A stretch of 63,341 nt of DNA, counting the filler, from Intoshia linei (taxonomy: Eukaryota; Animalia; Orthonectida), in NCBI GenBank assembly GCA_001642005.1. It is 13 parts of 13 records of this genome, joined end to end, with 100 filler letters (N's around TTAATTAATTAA, not from the genome) between each part and the next. Parts side by side here need not be neighbours in the genome. Positions count along the whole stretch, not along the records: positions 36,800 to 47,883 come from LWCA01001255.1; positions 47,984 to 51,480 come from LWCA01002083.1; 11 more parts are not named here. One strand, given 5' to 3'. Under the pieces are notes generated by a model, which worked only from the letters and a program-made list of their open reading frames with translations, had not been told where the DNA came from and made no database searches. The translations under genes were made by a program, and so were the position numbers. Shown here one piece after another: positions 37,478-51,480 of this stretch. Position 1 is the stretch's first letter. Each line of letters opens with the position of its first letter.

Positions 37478-38080
37478 TAATAGATTCAATCAGAATCAAA
37501 ATAAAAAATAAATTGTAAATTGTTCTTTTGAGCGTGAATTCACTTTGTGACAATGATAATGCATGCATATTAACTAGAAAAGTCTGTATTCGATGTGATC
37601 TTTTTTTAAATACCAGGAATATTAGATTTTATATTTTTAAAATGAGTAATGTGGTGTTTTGGTCGTGAATATTTTGTTTTTGTGGTAGAAATTTATGATA
37701 CTCTTCATAATTTCAAAATATTTATCAGAGTACATTTTTTTCATTATAGGACTAGTGAGTAAAGAAAAGAAGACTAGCTGGTAATAAAAACCACCAAATC
37801 GACAACCCTCAGCGATAAAACCTCAGTCAAAAATGTTTTAGAAAGTAATGTTTTTAAAACTCTACAGGTCTTATTTTGTAAAATAATTTGGAACAGACAA
37901 GCAGAGACTTACATTTTTGTCTAAATTTTTTATATAGACCGTCAAAGGATTAAAAAATAATCAAAATTTGTATCAGAAAATAGGTTAATTAAAAAACCGG
38001 TTACAAACTGATAGCAGTGCTATATTATAGCTTCCAATTTAATGATTGCCTTAATTACATTTCAATTAATTAAAAATTAC

Positions 38081-38317
38081 TTTACAAGATTTACTTTTCA
38101 ACATGCGAAACATTGAGTCAATTAGAACAAAAGTACCAGTTCTACCAACTCCAGCACTACAATGCACGAAAATATCCACATTTGATTGATTCTCGGATAA
38201 TTCATTATCCTTTATTTTAATATTTTTTAAAAACATTAAAAAATTTGAACATAATGGAACATCAAAATCAGGCCACGATGTATAGCAATATTGATACACA
38301 TCTCGATTCGAATTTAG
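38081..38317 (-). CDS. Classical protein tyrosine phosphatase catalytic exon (WPD loop and P-loop)
   Basis: tttag|LNSNRDVYQYCYTSWPDFDVP..IFVHCSAGVGRTGTFVLIDSMF..|gtaatt; 237 nt, phase 0-0. Confidence 0.9.
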
Positions 38318-38969
38318 CTAAATTTTATAATTATAATTTATCCTAGTCGGTTTCAACTTTTTGTTTTAGCGACCTCCCCTCAATAACAAAATTTTTTCAT
38401 ATATTCCATCAATTCACATACAAAAAATAATTTTCAGTTATATTGAATTCTCTCTAACCCAGTGCTTCTCAACCTTTGCATCTTGCCATCCCGTTATAAC
38501 TAGTGTTGATCATACGATAATAATAATAATTTTATATTTATCGTCATATTTTTTGTATATTATAACCTAAATAAAATGTTTGATCTAAATAAGTACTACC
38601 GATAGGTATTACATCGATTAATTATATTGTTATATTTTCAAAATTAATGTATACGTAATAAGAATGGATTTATTTGCATACGCGAAAAATTTCGTATTTA
38701 AAAAATATGTATCATAATGAAGAAATATAATAATCCGATTTATCGACCTGCTAGTTACATATATTTGTTAACCCTTACAAGACAATAACACGTATACATG
38801 TAAAAAAGTACAATCATAAAATTACTATTGTTTGCCAGCATGCAAAAAAAATCAACTGATAAATTTAAATTGTCAGCATACAAACAAAAATAAGGCGGTA
38901 CTTATGTCAATTGTGAACAAATTATTACTCATAAATAGTGCTTTAATAAAAATGAATAGTCTCGTAAGN

Positions 38970-39195
38970 AGAGAATAACTTTATATGAGATTGTAAAAAA
39001 TGCATTTTAGAACTGTATAGGCATCCCATCTTTTGATAAGATTTCATAAATGCATCAATTAAATTTGAATAATTAATATTACGAGTATTACCCAAACATC
39101 CGGATATTAGAGAGCGTAATGCATTATATGCAGATAATTCTATTTCAGTAAGAAACTCTTCAAATTCCACTGACTTAAATAATTTTCTAATGTCA
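38970..39195 (-). mobile_element. Chapaev3-like transposase fragment, copy 3
   Basis: DIRKLFKSVEFEE..LGNTRNINY..SKMHFLQSHIKLF. Confidence 0.7.
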
Positions 39196-40432
39196 TTTTT
39201 GTTTATTTTTACAAAAAAATACAAATTTGGAAACTATTGTATAACAACCTTAAAATAAAATTAAAAGAGAAGCTATAAAAAAAAATTTCTTGATATTGAA
39301 ATTGCACCCCACTAACTAGCCTCTTGGATTCGCCCTGAAGATGTTGAACAAGTCAATTCCTTAAAGTAAAATCTATTCGAAATAAAGAAGAAATCAGTTA
39401 AAATAACTGATTATTTCATGAAAAATATTAACAATTAAAATGTAAATCAATGAATTAACATTATTTCATTTTAGCAATAGTTCATATATTATTTAGCAAA
39501 AGAAGTATATTGCGTTATTATAATTACAATTTCAGTAATATTCCACTGATTCTAAGACTTTTTGAGTAACATCCCATGAACATAAGGTTTTTAATTATCT
39601 CAAGTTATATCATTTTATTTTTTTTTATATACAGTGTATATATAATATATTATACATCTCATATCTTCCATTCATTATAGTGTCCTTGAGAGTTTTTATA
39701 ATATGTTGCTTTTTTGAAAGGAAATGAAAATAAAAATTTTGTTAAAAGTAGAGTTAAAAAAAATTACTATTTAATTCACAAATATGTTAAATCTAAAAAT
39801 GTACATTGTAAAGTACAAATGTTGAAAAATTGATAAACTCTGTTAATATTATGGGTAATATAAATAAATTGATCGTAATATATGGTTATTTTTACATTTC
39901 AGATATTTTCGTTAAATTTATTTAACGAATATGCCATTTTAAACTTTTGCCATTTTCGTTAAATGAGATTTTGACTGTATTATATAAGTAACAATAAACA
40001 ATACATTATTCTAGATAAAAAATTATGTAAGAACTGTCACCAAATTTATATTTTTTAAATTCTTGGAATTATTTCATTTCAAAAAATCTAATTTAATTAA
40101 TTCTAGCACATTTACATTTACGTATTATTGTAGTTTACCGAGATTTGTGTGCTTCTAAATGCTTTCAATGACATCCTGTCATATTGTCAGGGTCCACCAA
40201 AATATGTTTTTATTTGGACCGTCCCACAAAACTGAAAAGCTTAAATCGTGTTATTGTATAATTATAATATATTAAAATGATGCATTAAATTGAAAAATGT
40301 AAGTTAAATTTCGACTCAATTCTAAACTTAGTTATATAAAACTCTACATCAATCTCTTTCCATCAATTTGTTAGTGTAATATCCATTTTGGTTTGTTTAC
40401 GTAGTATATTATCGTATTATTTACATAATTAA

Positions 40433-43400
40433 ATGGATACAAACTATTTCTTTGCAACATTTAAATCAAGAACTCTGTCCAGTACATCTACAGATGTGGG
40501 GTAATGTTTTTTTCATCATAAACGTCAGGATTCCAAATAAAATGCGTAGAAAATAACTAAAAATTTTCATGCAAAACATGCATAAATTAAATTTTTATTA
40601 CATGATTCACACCTCACTTGTATTGCACAAAATGTTTACATATTTTGTATTTGATTATCTACAATGTCAATTCTACAAGTACCAAGACTGATTACATTTT
40701 ACTTGATCTTAAATGATTCCATCTTTTTGTCGCAATCATATAATATCACTAGAAATAAGCTAAAATCTAAATTTATTCAGTACTTAACTATAGATAAATT
40801 CGTTTGAAACTTGATTTCATTTTTGAGTAATATAATCGAATTTAATTTTGACATGGTTTTTTTGATTTTTTATATTATACCACTTTTTTTAAACTTTTCT
40901 TGAGTGCATAGATCAGTATAGTTCCAATTATTTTAATTCATATTTAAACTGCATTAACTATGATACATAAAGATAAATGATCATGATGTAATTTTAATAA
41001 AATTGGTAATTTACATTTTGATGTGAAAAATGATTACATGTATTTGACATAAAATTATTTAATTAATGTAGAAGCAAAATAACTTCAACAAGATCCACTC
41101 CAAAATTGGATTTCATAGATTCTACTATTGATAAATCAAAAACAAATAAATACGAAGCAAACGGATTGGAAATAACACCGGAATCTATTACATATCAGGA
41201 TTACTTAGCAAGTAGTCTGTCAACACCCTTTTCAATCGTTAATAATGATAAAGTCAATTTTAATGTGGTTTATAATGAAAAATCAGTAAATTTATAATTT
41301 TTATTTTACACGTGCATGTGAAGTAAAATTAAAATTTAGCAAGAATGGTGCAAGTTTTTCGAAGAAATGACTGGATATATTTATGGTTGGAGATGTTTTT
41401 CTAATTTGATGAGAGGAGTATTATTTGTTTCACTATAAAATCTATTACTTAAATATTTTAATATATTTTAAGTCGTCAGGCTAAACTTTCATTGGATAAT
41501 TGGTAGTTCCAACTTGGAACAAACTGTCGTTCATGCTTTTATTGCTATGACCAATTTTTCCATTATTAGACCATTTTATTTATAAAATATAGATTTCAAT
41601 ACCTAATGAAAGTGTTTCTCAGTATAATAAAGACTGCAGGGATATAATGAAAGATAGCATTGATAAGCTTAAATATTATTATGCGCAACAGGTTACTATA
41701 AAAATAATATAAAAATTTTATTTTAGAAATCGTTTGTTTACTATTTTATTCATACAATCATATCTTATCATAATAATAACGATCCCATGATTATGACTCC
41801 TTCCGTTTTACAAGCTACTATTTTTATGATGGGGAGGTAATCTTTTTAACAAGCACAGTAAAGCAAGTAAGTTAAATTGTGAGATAATACAATTAAATAA
41901 AATTTTAGTAAATTTTTCATTTTTAAAACAAGGCGTAATAGGGGTTTTGACCATGAAAATGAGCGTTTCTGAGGCGACTATTTACCACAATGTTAATGAT
42001 TTTAAAAAGCGTTCCACAATTTATGTTTTAGTAATTTTTTAGTGGGTTTTATTTTTAAAAGGGCAAAATGGGTTTTTGACTTTGAATAACTCACTTTTGG
42101 AGTATTAAACTTAGATATAAACATCACGCAAACTTGTCATTTGTTAATAAAAAAATGTTATTGATTATTATATTTCTGATTTTACATGTTCATCTTGAAC
42201 AGGGGTGTCAATTATGCGGCCCCCAATTATGTAATCTGCGGTCCGCGTTATAATATAAATTTTTATTTTTTATAACAATTCTTTACACATATTTCTTATT
42301 TTACAGTTTTTTCATATATTTTTCATGATTTATTTATTCATTATTATAATTTTAACATTATTTTTATACTTATTCCATTTTTATTGTTTCATATTTCATT
42401 TTATAAATTAATTAAATCTGTTAGTTTTAACATAATTTTTTGAGTAAAGATTTTTGTTTATCACATTTGTCTCGCCAAGCAAATAGAGTCTGCGACATCT
42501 GATCTTGAACAATCTTCATATTAATCATGAGTTGCATTAACTTATTGTTTATTTATTTTTTATAACATAATTATATTTTTTAGTTTTGGAATGACCGATG
42601 AAATGGTTCGAATAAAGAATTCCATAAAAAATGATTTTTCTTACTATAATAAGTAATATATTGGTCACAATATGTATAAGTCTTTAAAAAAACAAAAAAT
42701 ATTTATTAAGTGACACAGTGTCACGGAAATTTTAAAGTTTTAGGGGTGTTGTCATGGTTTTAATTTATCATGAAATGTACTAATTACAAACAGCGTACAT
42801 ACGTATATTTTTTGTTTTAATAAAATATTTCGGAGAAAAAATATATGAATACTAAAACGCTTTTTCGAACGAGATTCTTATAAGACGTGTTTTTGTGTCC
42901 TTCCATGTGAAACTTTATAAAAATCATTTTTCTCTATACATTTTTATTTGTATATGAAAGAAGGATTCAAGATGCTCCCTTGAAATTTATATTTTATAAT
43001 ATTATTTTTTTATCAGTTGAATTCCTGGTGATAAAAATTTCCAACCCTGATTTAAATTTTTAATAATTATAAAATGTTTATAAAATATGTAGAATAAATG
43101 AAGCGGACATGGAAATGCGACATGATCAATCTCTCGCTATATTTTTAGCTACACCATACAGTGTAAGAACCAATCTAATCAGATCTCTTATCGTGAAAAA
43201 AGATGGATATTCGAATTTCTTTATCACTGTCATAGAATACATACTTAATACGTTGGATAGTGATGTGGAAATATTTATGGCATCTGACGTTAAATACTAT
43301 TTGACAGTAATTTTTTACCTTGCTAATCTTGTACAATAATTATTAAATATAATAATAAATTATAATATTTCATTGTACCCTAATGTTTTGTATATTTTAG

Positions 43401-46400
43401 AGTCTATTGATATGCCTCGATATTGTTTTAAACGAATTTTCGGTCGGCAAACTAAGTAAAAAAATTAATATGCAAAGTATACAAAAGATTTATATTGTAA
43501 TTTTGCACAATTGAATTTTGACAATGTAAAATCAATTTAATTTTAGAAGTATCCTCTTGTTCACGTAATCGGCGATCAATATTTCGATTATAGAATGGAA
43601 TTAAGATTGTTGTCAGATAAAAAAAAGAAAAAAATTAATTTTATCAAGTTAAAAATAGAAAATGATAAATTACCTTTAAACTACATTTATTTTATCAAGG
43701 ATGAAATTATCAAAGGATCAAATTATCTGATTGACAAATACGTTTTATTTAAATTGGTAAGTTTACTATTTATATGTAAATTGTACAATGTTATACGTGT
43801 ACTAAGCAGGACCGTGGAGAAGATGGCTAGGGCCTTATGGCTCGGCTTTAATCATGAGGTTCTGCTTTTAAAATGTATTAATATGTAATTTTGGAAAATT
43901 TCTTAAGTATACCAAAATTATCGTATATTAAAATGTTTCACACGATTTCCAAATGTTATTTTTAATTTTTAGATAATGAATGATCGATTTAGCAATGTAT
44001 ACAATGTAATGTAGATGTTCTATTTTTTCCATATTGTTAAAAAAATTTGATAGGTACTTACAATTTTCATCTGTCCCTGCCCTACTGCTGGATCTCCACG
44101 GCCGTGGTACTAAATATAATGTTTTTTCATTGTGTTTAAATTTAATGTAATTTAGGAATATATGAAAATTGGCACAGCAGAAACAAAAAAGTATTTACAC
44201 TTTGTGTCTCAATTACATATTGAATGTTTGCGATTTATGAATTTTTGGAATGAAAATATTAATCTTTTTGTAATCATTTTTCTTTTATTTACATGACGTA
44301 ACGTCATTTTAAAAACTTACATCACATGAATTTGAGTTTCAATATTTAAAGCTAAAAAAATACGTTGATGTATTAATAATGTATAATCAATTACATTTTA
44401 ATTGTAGTAGTGTCCTTGAGACGTAATGGATAGCGCATCGGACTTTTAATTCGAAGGTTACGGGTTTGAATCCCGTTAAAAACTTTTTTTAAAAATAGTA
44501 TAAATTTTAAATGACCAAAAAATGTAAAATTATAATTATAATCAAATTTGGTCGTATTATATCATTTATACAGAAACTATGCTTCAATTAATTGTATTAA
44601 TTTAGGTTTAATTTATTAATTTTTTGTTTAATTTTATTTATTTCAATTAAAAAAAAAGTCCCTGACGGGACTCGAACCCGCAACCCCCGGATTAGAAGTC
44701 CGATGCGCTATCCATTACGCCACAAGGACACTGGCATCTTCGCAATTTAATTACCTAAAAATAAAAATATTTATAATAGTCAAATTGGTGATATCCAATT
44801 TGTATTTAAATTGAATTTCAATACCAAAATTTAGTCTAAACGTGATTATTTATCAAAATTCTAGATTCTTCATTTTTAAACAGTAGTTTATTTTAATTGT
44901 TGGTTTTTAATTTATAATTTTATTTTATCGTTCAATTTTTGAATATTAGATTTTTTAACTTTTGACAATTATTTTAATTTTATAATTCATTTTATGATTT
45001 TATAACAAGTGATCCACATACACTAATTGTTTTGAGATAATTGGTTAGTTTCAAATAGACAGGGCTACTATTTTATAAAATAAAAATTTTATATTAACTT
45101 CTATGTATTTATTTTAATCTCTATCGTATTGACCATACTTTATGAATGACTCTTGTTGGCGTTGCTATCAAAAGTGACCAATGCTAAAGTCTATTGGTCA
45201 CTTTCGCAGTCTTTTAAATTAATGAACTTAATTGACATTTTAATTTAACCATTCATTAACTCTTTCATAGAAAAATCACTGAATTTAAAGTAAATCCACC
45301 AGTTAGATTTTAATCAATTTATCTATTACTCAATAAACACGCCCATCTATATTGTTACTGTACAAAAACGTATTTTTTAATTTTAGATTTTGTCATATGT
45401 TAGTTTTTTGTACTTAAAAAATCAATTTACAAACATAATTTTGTCACAGTCGTTTTGCCAGTCCCATAAGATGTGAAATTGGGAGGTTTGAATTTATCTT
45501 ATTAAACGTCCCGGAAAAAACTGTAATTGAAATGTTGTTTTTAAAAAATTCTAAGAGTGGTAGTTATTTCAATAAAGTGAAATACACAGACACACAAACA
45601 AAAATCGCGTAGCCTTTTATATAAGTTAAAATGGATAATATTACGTGTTTTATTTTCTAATCAATAATGAGTAATGATAACATGACTAACTCTTCTCTAC
45701 ATTTTATTACATTGCTCAATTTATAAAAATGTTTAGTATATTGGAAAATTAAATAAGCCAGCTTTAAAACATTCTGATAGTAAATTTGATGAAGAATATG
45801 AAAATGATATATATGCATCTGTAATTTTAATAATATAATGTACAATAATAATAATATTAATGTGTAAACAATAGGCAATTATGAAAAATGTTTCTAGTGA
45901 AGAATACAATTCTTTAATAAGTTGTATTTTGTACATGAAAAAGTTTCAACAATATTTATTTGACGTCAACAAAAATATGGTGGATTTAATCAAAAAATTT
46001 TATTATTATGTTTGTAAAGACTTTTTTTCTTCTCTTGCAACAAAAAATACGGAAAGCAATAAAGCTGGATTTCCAACGTATTATTTATGTGTACACTTGA
46101 TTGTATTCAGTTTAGTCTGGTAAATGTTATTAAAGAATCTTTTCCGTTCTTTTTTACAAACGATGATCGTTCTCCCATATATCTACATTATGAAGAGGTA
46201 AATTATGCATATTTAATGGATATAAACAATGTTTATTAACATTATGTGTGTGTTAACATTTGAAATTTGTTAGCATTAATATATTTTCCAACTACTAAAT
46301 ACGAAGTATATAACACGCATAGTGTTAAGCATGCAGATATCTCATACCATGAAAATAAATGACCTAACATGGGCGATATTGCCCAGGTTGAGAATCCCTG

Positions 46401-49400
46401 ATCTAGAGTGTAGATTCTGCCATATGTGAAATGATTCCGTTTATTCCAAAATATTTCTTCAGTGAGCAATGCTCTAATGTACTAATTATATGGCGTTAAA
46501 ATATATTTTTGAATATTCTAATTTTTATTAAGATAGTGTAAATGACTGTGTAATAGATGTCATTGTGTATTTCAGTGGTTCTCAACGTGGGCAGTAGCGC
46601 CCCCAGGGGTCGTTTTCAAAATTTAAGGGGGCACTGGAAATAATATTAAAAATTTCAAATATGTTGTTTTTCATATTGTCGATAAAAAAAATTTGTAATT
46701 TAGTTTAAACATTTATTGTGAACTTTTTTATAAATATTTTAAAATGTATTAATTATGTATGTGATAAACGCATTTAAAATTAAATAATTTAACAATGAGA
46801 ATATAAAAATGTAATTAATATAAATTAACATAGTTACACTAAATATACATACACAAAATATATTATCAACTAAATATTAATTACAAAATTTCATTAAATA
46901 CTTAATATATTTGGCGTTATATTACTAATTAATATTTACAAGAGTATTGCTTCAACTGCAATAGGTAATTTAAACTTAATTGATTTAATAGAAAAATATA
47001 TTTTATGTCCGAATCTACCCTCGTGGTTTCAAACTTATCACTTGTTGGTTGTCTTGATTTTCTTTTCACCAAAATCTTGAAGCATTAATCAGTGAATACG
47101 GAAATTACGGAAGAATTAAGCGCATATGGATCCCTGAACATGAAACACATGCTTTTGTATAATTTTACAGTTTCCAGAATGCGAAAAATGCATTAAATGA
47201 TAGTCTTACGAATCAAATATACATAGACAATACACCAGTTAATGTAAAACTATACTTAAGTGACTACAAGACTAATCATATACAGCTTAACCAAAACAAA
47301 TATCACTATGTTATGATTAATGGAATAAAATTCCTTCTTGACACAGGTGCAGCAGTAAACTGTATAAACATTTCAATCTACAAACATAGTAATCTGAATG
47401 AAATGATAAAATCAAATATGTCACTCAAAGGTCCAGACGGTAGCCATCTTCACTGCTATGGGTCCATAAACATGAAACTGTATTATGGAAATAATCATGT
47501 ATTCTACATTACTAATACAGATAATATAATTGGGTTAAATTTTGGAAAATTGTTAGGACTCGTAATTCTAAACCAACCACCAGCCAGTATAAAATCTAAA
47601 TCTCATGATACTCAGCCTATTAGTATTATTGAACGTGATGAATTAATCACATCAGAACTACCCAATATCCATAATAATTTATTTGTGGAATTAGTAAAGA
47701 AATATGCTTTTATCTTTCCTAATACACCCGGAAGAACCAAATTAATTAACCATAATATCAAAACTACAGCTGGTAAACCGCCACCAACATGTCGGTTCTA
47801 TTCTACCCCAATTCCCCTAAGGGAAGAAGAAAAAAAACTCATTGAAGAAATAATAAAATCAAATATCATTGAACCTTCAAATANNNNNNNNNNNNNNNNN
47901 NNNNNNNNNNNNNNNNNNNNNNNNNNNTTAATTAATTAANNNNNNNNNNNNNNNNNNNNNNNNNNNNNNNNNNNNNNNNNNNNGTGGAACACACACACAA
48001 ACAAAAATCGCGTAGCATATTATATAAGTTAGGATAAATGATATATAATTATTTTTTTTACATTTAAATGGGTATATTCACTTAAATTTAGACGTAATAG
48101 AAAAAAGATATTAAATTAAATGGCGTTTATTAGAAATAATAATTATCATGGCCAAAATGTGATTTTTTACTTTTTTATATCTCTAAATAATATAATTATA
48201 ACATTTTTCATGGAACACAAAAAACTGCTCTGGACCCCGTTGAGAATGGCTGATATATTCAATACAAGTTACAACTGGTTATAATGCATTGAAAATCATT
48301 TTAGAAAAATTATCAATTATTGAATTATTAATAATACTGGATGGAATGAAAATGGAAAAAATTAGAGACATTAATTATGAATATTTTGATGAAAATGCGT
48401 ATTTAAAATACGAAAAAGTAAAATTTGAATCGAGAAATGAACAAATATACTTTGATAGTATAAGAAGATTTGAATTTTCAAAAGAATTTTGCCGTGATTA
48501 TTTAATTGCAATTCAAATTTACAATATTAATATCGGTTTTAATCAATTGGAGACAAAAAAATTGTAATTAATAAAACATAATCTAACGTGATCCATCGTT
48601 TCCATGTGCGATCCATTTACAATTGTTCATTTGAAGACAGTGTTTCTCAGCCGTGACATTTAATTTTTTAGTGTTCCATGAGAAAAATATAAAAAAAGTG
48701 AATTTTAGTGTATTTTTATAATAAATCAACTCCAGGTGTTAAACATCCCAGGCTCAATCAAAATTATTCATCAAATTTTTAATCAAATGTTGTAATTCTT
48801 AATTATTTACCGGAAAACTAAAAAATAAATTATAATAAAACTGAAAAATTGGCTATGATCCAAAAGAGGTTGTGAAACACTGGTTTAAATAATAAAAAAG
48901 AGGAATATTGCATTGGAATTTGTATTTGTTTAGAAATATATATTTATTAATATATTGTGATAAATTATCAAAATATTTATTAAATTTAAATGGGAACAAT
49001 GAAAATTATACTGAATCCTACATTCGATGGCCTAAGCCAGAATTACCTCCAAATGAATTATATAATTTTAATAAATTTCAAATTCAAAATTTATTGGCTC
49101 TTTATTTGATAGAAAAACATATAGATGAAATTCGGGTATTTCTATTATAAATTGAATTATTATATTCAGGTATAGCCAATTACCTTCTAATTCGTGATTT
49201 GTTACTTTAGTAGACATTTTAGAAATTAATTTTTACGGTTAAAAATTTAGTCAACCGATTTTTTATTTAAATTGAAAATTAGACTTACCTGTATATAGAA
49301 AATTGACCAAACTTAAACATGATTGATATTAAATTTGTTCAATATATATTTTAATATAGATTTTTCAAATGCTGTTTTATAATAAAAAAAAAATTATTGA

Positions 49401-50920
49401 ATTTTATAAAAAATGTCAAGATTTAAAGGACGCCGAAATAAACGAAGAATTAAAAAAACTACGAATATGTAGATTACGGTGGAGAGAATATATAAATAGT
49501 GGCGTAAAAAGAGAAGATAATGAACAAATTGGAATGTTGTATCGTGGTTTAGCTTTGAAGATGTTAAATTGGTCGATTCAACATGGTCATGTTGATTTCG
49601 AAACATTTATGAGATGTATTTTAACAAATATTTTGATGAAACAAGAAAATCACTTTAAATCATTTATATTAGGCTTCAGTGTAATGGTATGCCTAAAACT
49701 ATAATACATTTACTTACATTTATGTATATTTTCTAGACTAAACAAAAACTTGTTAAAATTATCAAATCTGAAAAATTAATTCGAAAATCTAAAAGATATG
49801 ATACATTAGCTGAAGCGATTTTAGACTGTTCGGTGTTTACTGCAGAACAATCTAGCATAATTGATTTATTATACGATAAATATGATGCATTAAGAAATTG
49901 TGTTTTCAAAAATATGTTTATCGATAAATATAAAGATATTTTTTACAAGTACAAATTTTTTATACTATTTTTTATAACTTTTAATTATTTTTAATAATGT
50001 TTGATAATTATTGTATTTAGTCTTGATTTTGAAAAAATAATTAGCATTTTGGAAAAATGGTTACGTAAAGAGGAAGAATTGCGTACAAACGGGCAATTTG
50101 AATATTTTGACAAATCTGTTTATAATTTTGATCAACAAAAGTATGATATTACTAAACTACTATGTAAAGATAAGGACGAAATTAATTTTATCATTGAAAG
50201 TATACCATTTTTTATTTTTATTTGTTAATATTAAACTTCAAGGATCAAGAAATGTATTTGAAATTTTGGATTATTTATTTTACATTGAAAGTGAATATAT
50301 CAGTAGATTATGGAATTCTTTTCCAAATAAAAATATTTTGTCGGATGTTATTCAGTATGAAACAAGTTGCATATTGTTGGAAGAAAATATCATGTCTTGT
50401 TCATATTTAGTAGACAGTTTAAATTTTGATGGCAGGTAATACATGTCAAATTTTTCAATGAGTAATTGCATATTAGAAATGAAAAAATTGATAATTTTCA
50501 TAAAGAAGCACAATTACGGTTTGAACATCCCAACGATTACTTTTATTATGTTTCTGAATTGTTTATAACCACCTCTGATCTTTCGGCAACTGGTTTGTAA
50601 AAAAAATTTAATTTTTTACACTTCCATTTAGTTAAATCTACCAAAGTTGATTTTTTAAAAGTTTTACCAAACTTGTATTTATACGAAATTCTTTTATGTA
50701 ACAATTCTTTAAAACACTATGAAAATTGTTCTCTTGTTGAAGAAATTTTTTATGAACTTATCAAAAACGTAAAAAATGAGAAAATACAAGATCGGTTATG
50801 GGACTTAGCCAATACTACAAGAAATTTAATTAATCAATTTAAAATTAGGAGTGGAAACAATTATCATATTCAAGGTAAATTCAATTTAAACGTGTCTTGT
50901 TTAATTAGGGCATTAAATGT
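40433..50920 (+). CDS. Large multi-exon uncharacterised gene (many short exons, helical-looking protein); may be more than one gene and spans a gap
   Basis: Chain of AG/GT-bounded open exons starting MDTNYFFATFKSRTLSSTSTDVG|SKITSTRSTPKLDF.. (40433-40500, 41072-41285). It includes the listed ORF pieces at 43109, 43595, 45881, 48289, 48908, 49369, 50001, 50098 and 50673. No family recognised. Confidence 0.6.
42200..42501. mobile_element. hAT (Charlie/Buster-like) MITE
   Basis: CAGGGGTGTC..GCGGCCC / GACATCTG; perfect 8-bp TSD ATCTTGAA. A related copy lies at ~22270-22525. Confidence 0.85.
43807..44106. mobile_element. hAT (Tip100-like) MITE in an intron
   Basis: TIR CAGGACCGTGGAGA / TCTCCACGGCCGTG; TSD GTACTAAG / GTACTAAA. 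Confidence 0.8.
44412..44483 (+). pseudogene. tRNA pseudogene derived from tRNA-Arg(UCU); anticodon now reads TTT
   Basis: Colinear 72-nt copy of the 44658-44729 tRNA. The acceptor stem has two C-A mismatches, U8 is A, and the T-loop is TTTGAAT. An oligo-T run follows. Confidence 0.8.
44657..44729 (-). tRNA. trnR-UCU: tRNA-Arg (anticodon UCU), intronless
   Basis: GTCCTTG TG GCGT AATGGATA GCGC A TCGGA CTTCTAA TCCGG GGGTT GCGGG TTCGAGT CCCGT CAGGGAC: full cloverleaf with A/B boxes, followed by an oligo-T Pol III terminator. Confidence 0.95.
46573..46640 (+). mobile_element. Left end of a hAT Buster-like element
   Basis: CAGTGGTTCTCAACGTGGGCAGTAGCGCCCCCAGGGG; a related inverted end lies at ~46370-46400. 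Confidence 0.55.
47290..47883 (+). mobile_element. Ty3/Gypsy pol fragment: aspartyl protease and start of RT
   Basis: INGIKFLLDTGAAVNCI (D-T-G protease motif); PGRTKLINHNIKT..YSTPIPLREEEKKLIEEIIKSNIIEPS (pre-RT region). Truncated by the gap. Confidence 0.9.
48638..48882. mobile_element. hAT-type MITE
   Basis: CAGTGTTTCTCAGCC / GGTTGTGAAACACTG termini. Confidence 0.6.
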
Positions 50921-50969
50921 TTAATTTTAATGATTGATGATAATAATAGTCTTCTAATCGTATCTAATG

Positions 50970-51480
50970 GTAAAATGTTTTTAAAATGAGAATTTGAAAT
51001 TTAAAAATTGCGTAGCAATAAAAAAATTCAGAAGGAATGAATTATATAGATTTCACCCATATTTCTTTATTGGAAATGTGTAGACGTTCAATGCACATTT
51101 TTTTAAATTGTAGATTTACATTTTCATTTTTGATTTTTAATTGATTTATTTGAAAAATATTGGTTGAATATATTAAAAGTATTTTTCACCCGGGAATGCG
51201 TAGATCTGGGGTTGAAATTTTGTATTTATATCACCTGAAATAAGCTCTATCAGAATAATCTTTTTTTTAATTTTCGGACCGTTAATTATTTCATATTTTT
51301 TGTTAAATAAAATATTTCGGAAAAAAATATATGAATACTAAAATGCTTTTTTGACCATGAAGTCGTCAGTTATTCGGATTGAAATTTTCTGTGTGTGTTA
51401 ACAGGATACAACTGTACAACGTGTACATTTTTTGAAATTCTAGAGCTGTTTTCATTAAAAAAAGAAGGGTAATGTGGGGT
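50970..51480 (-). mobile_element. Helitron family internal segment, truncated by the gap
   Basis: Reverse complement of 60360-60875. Confidence 0.85.
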
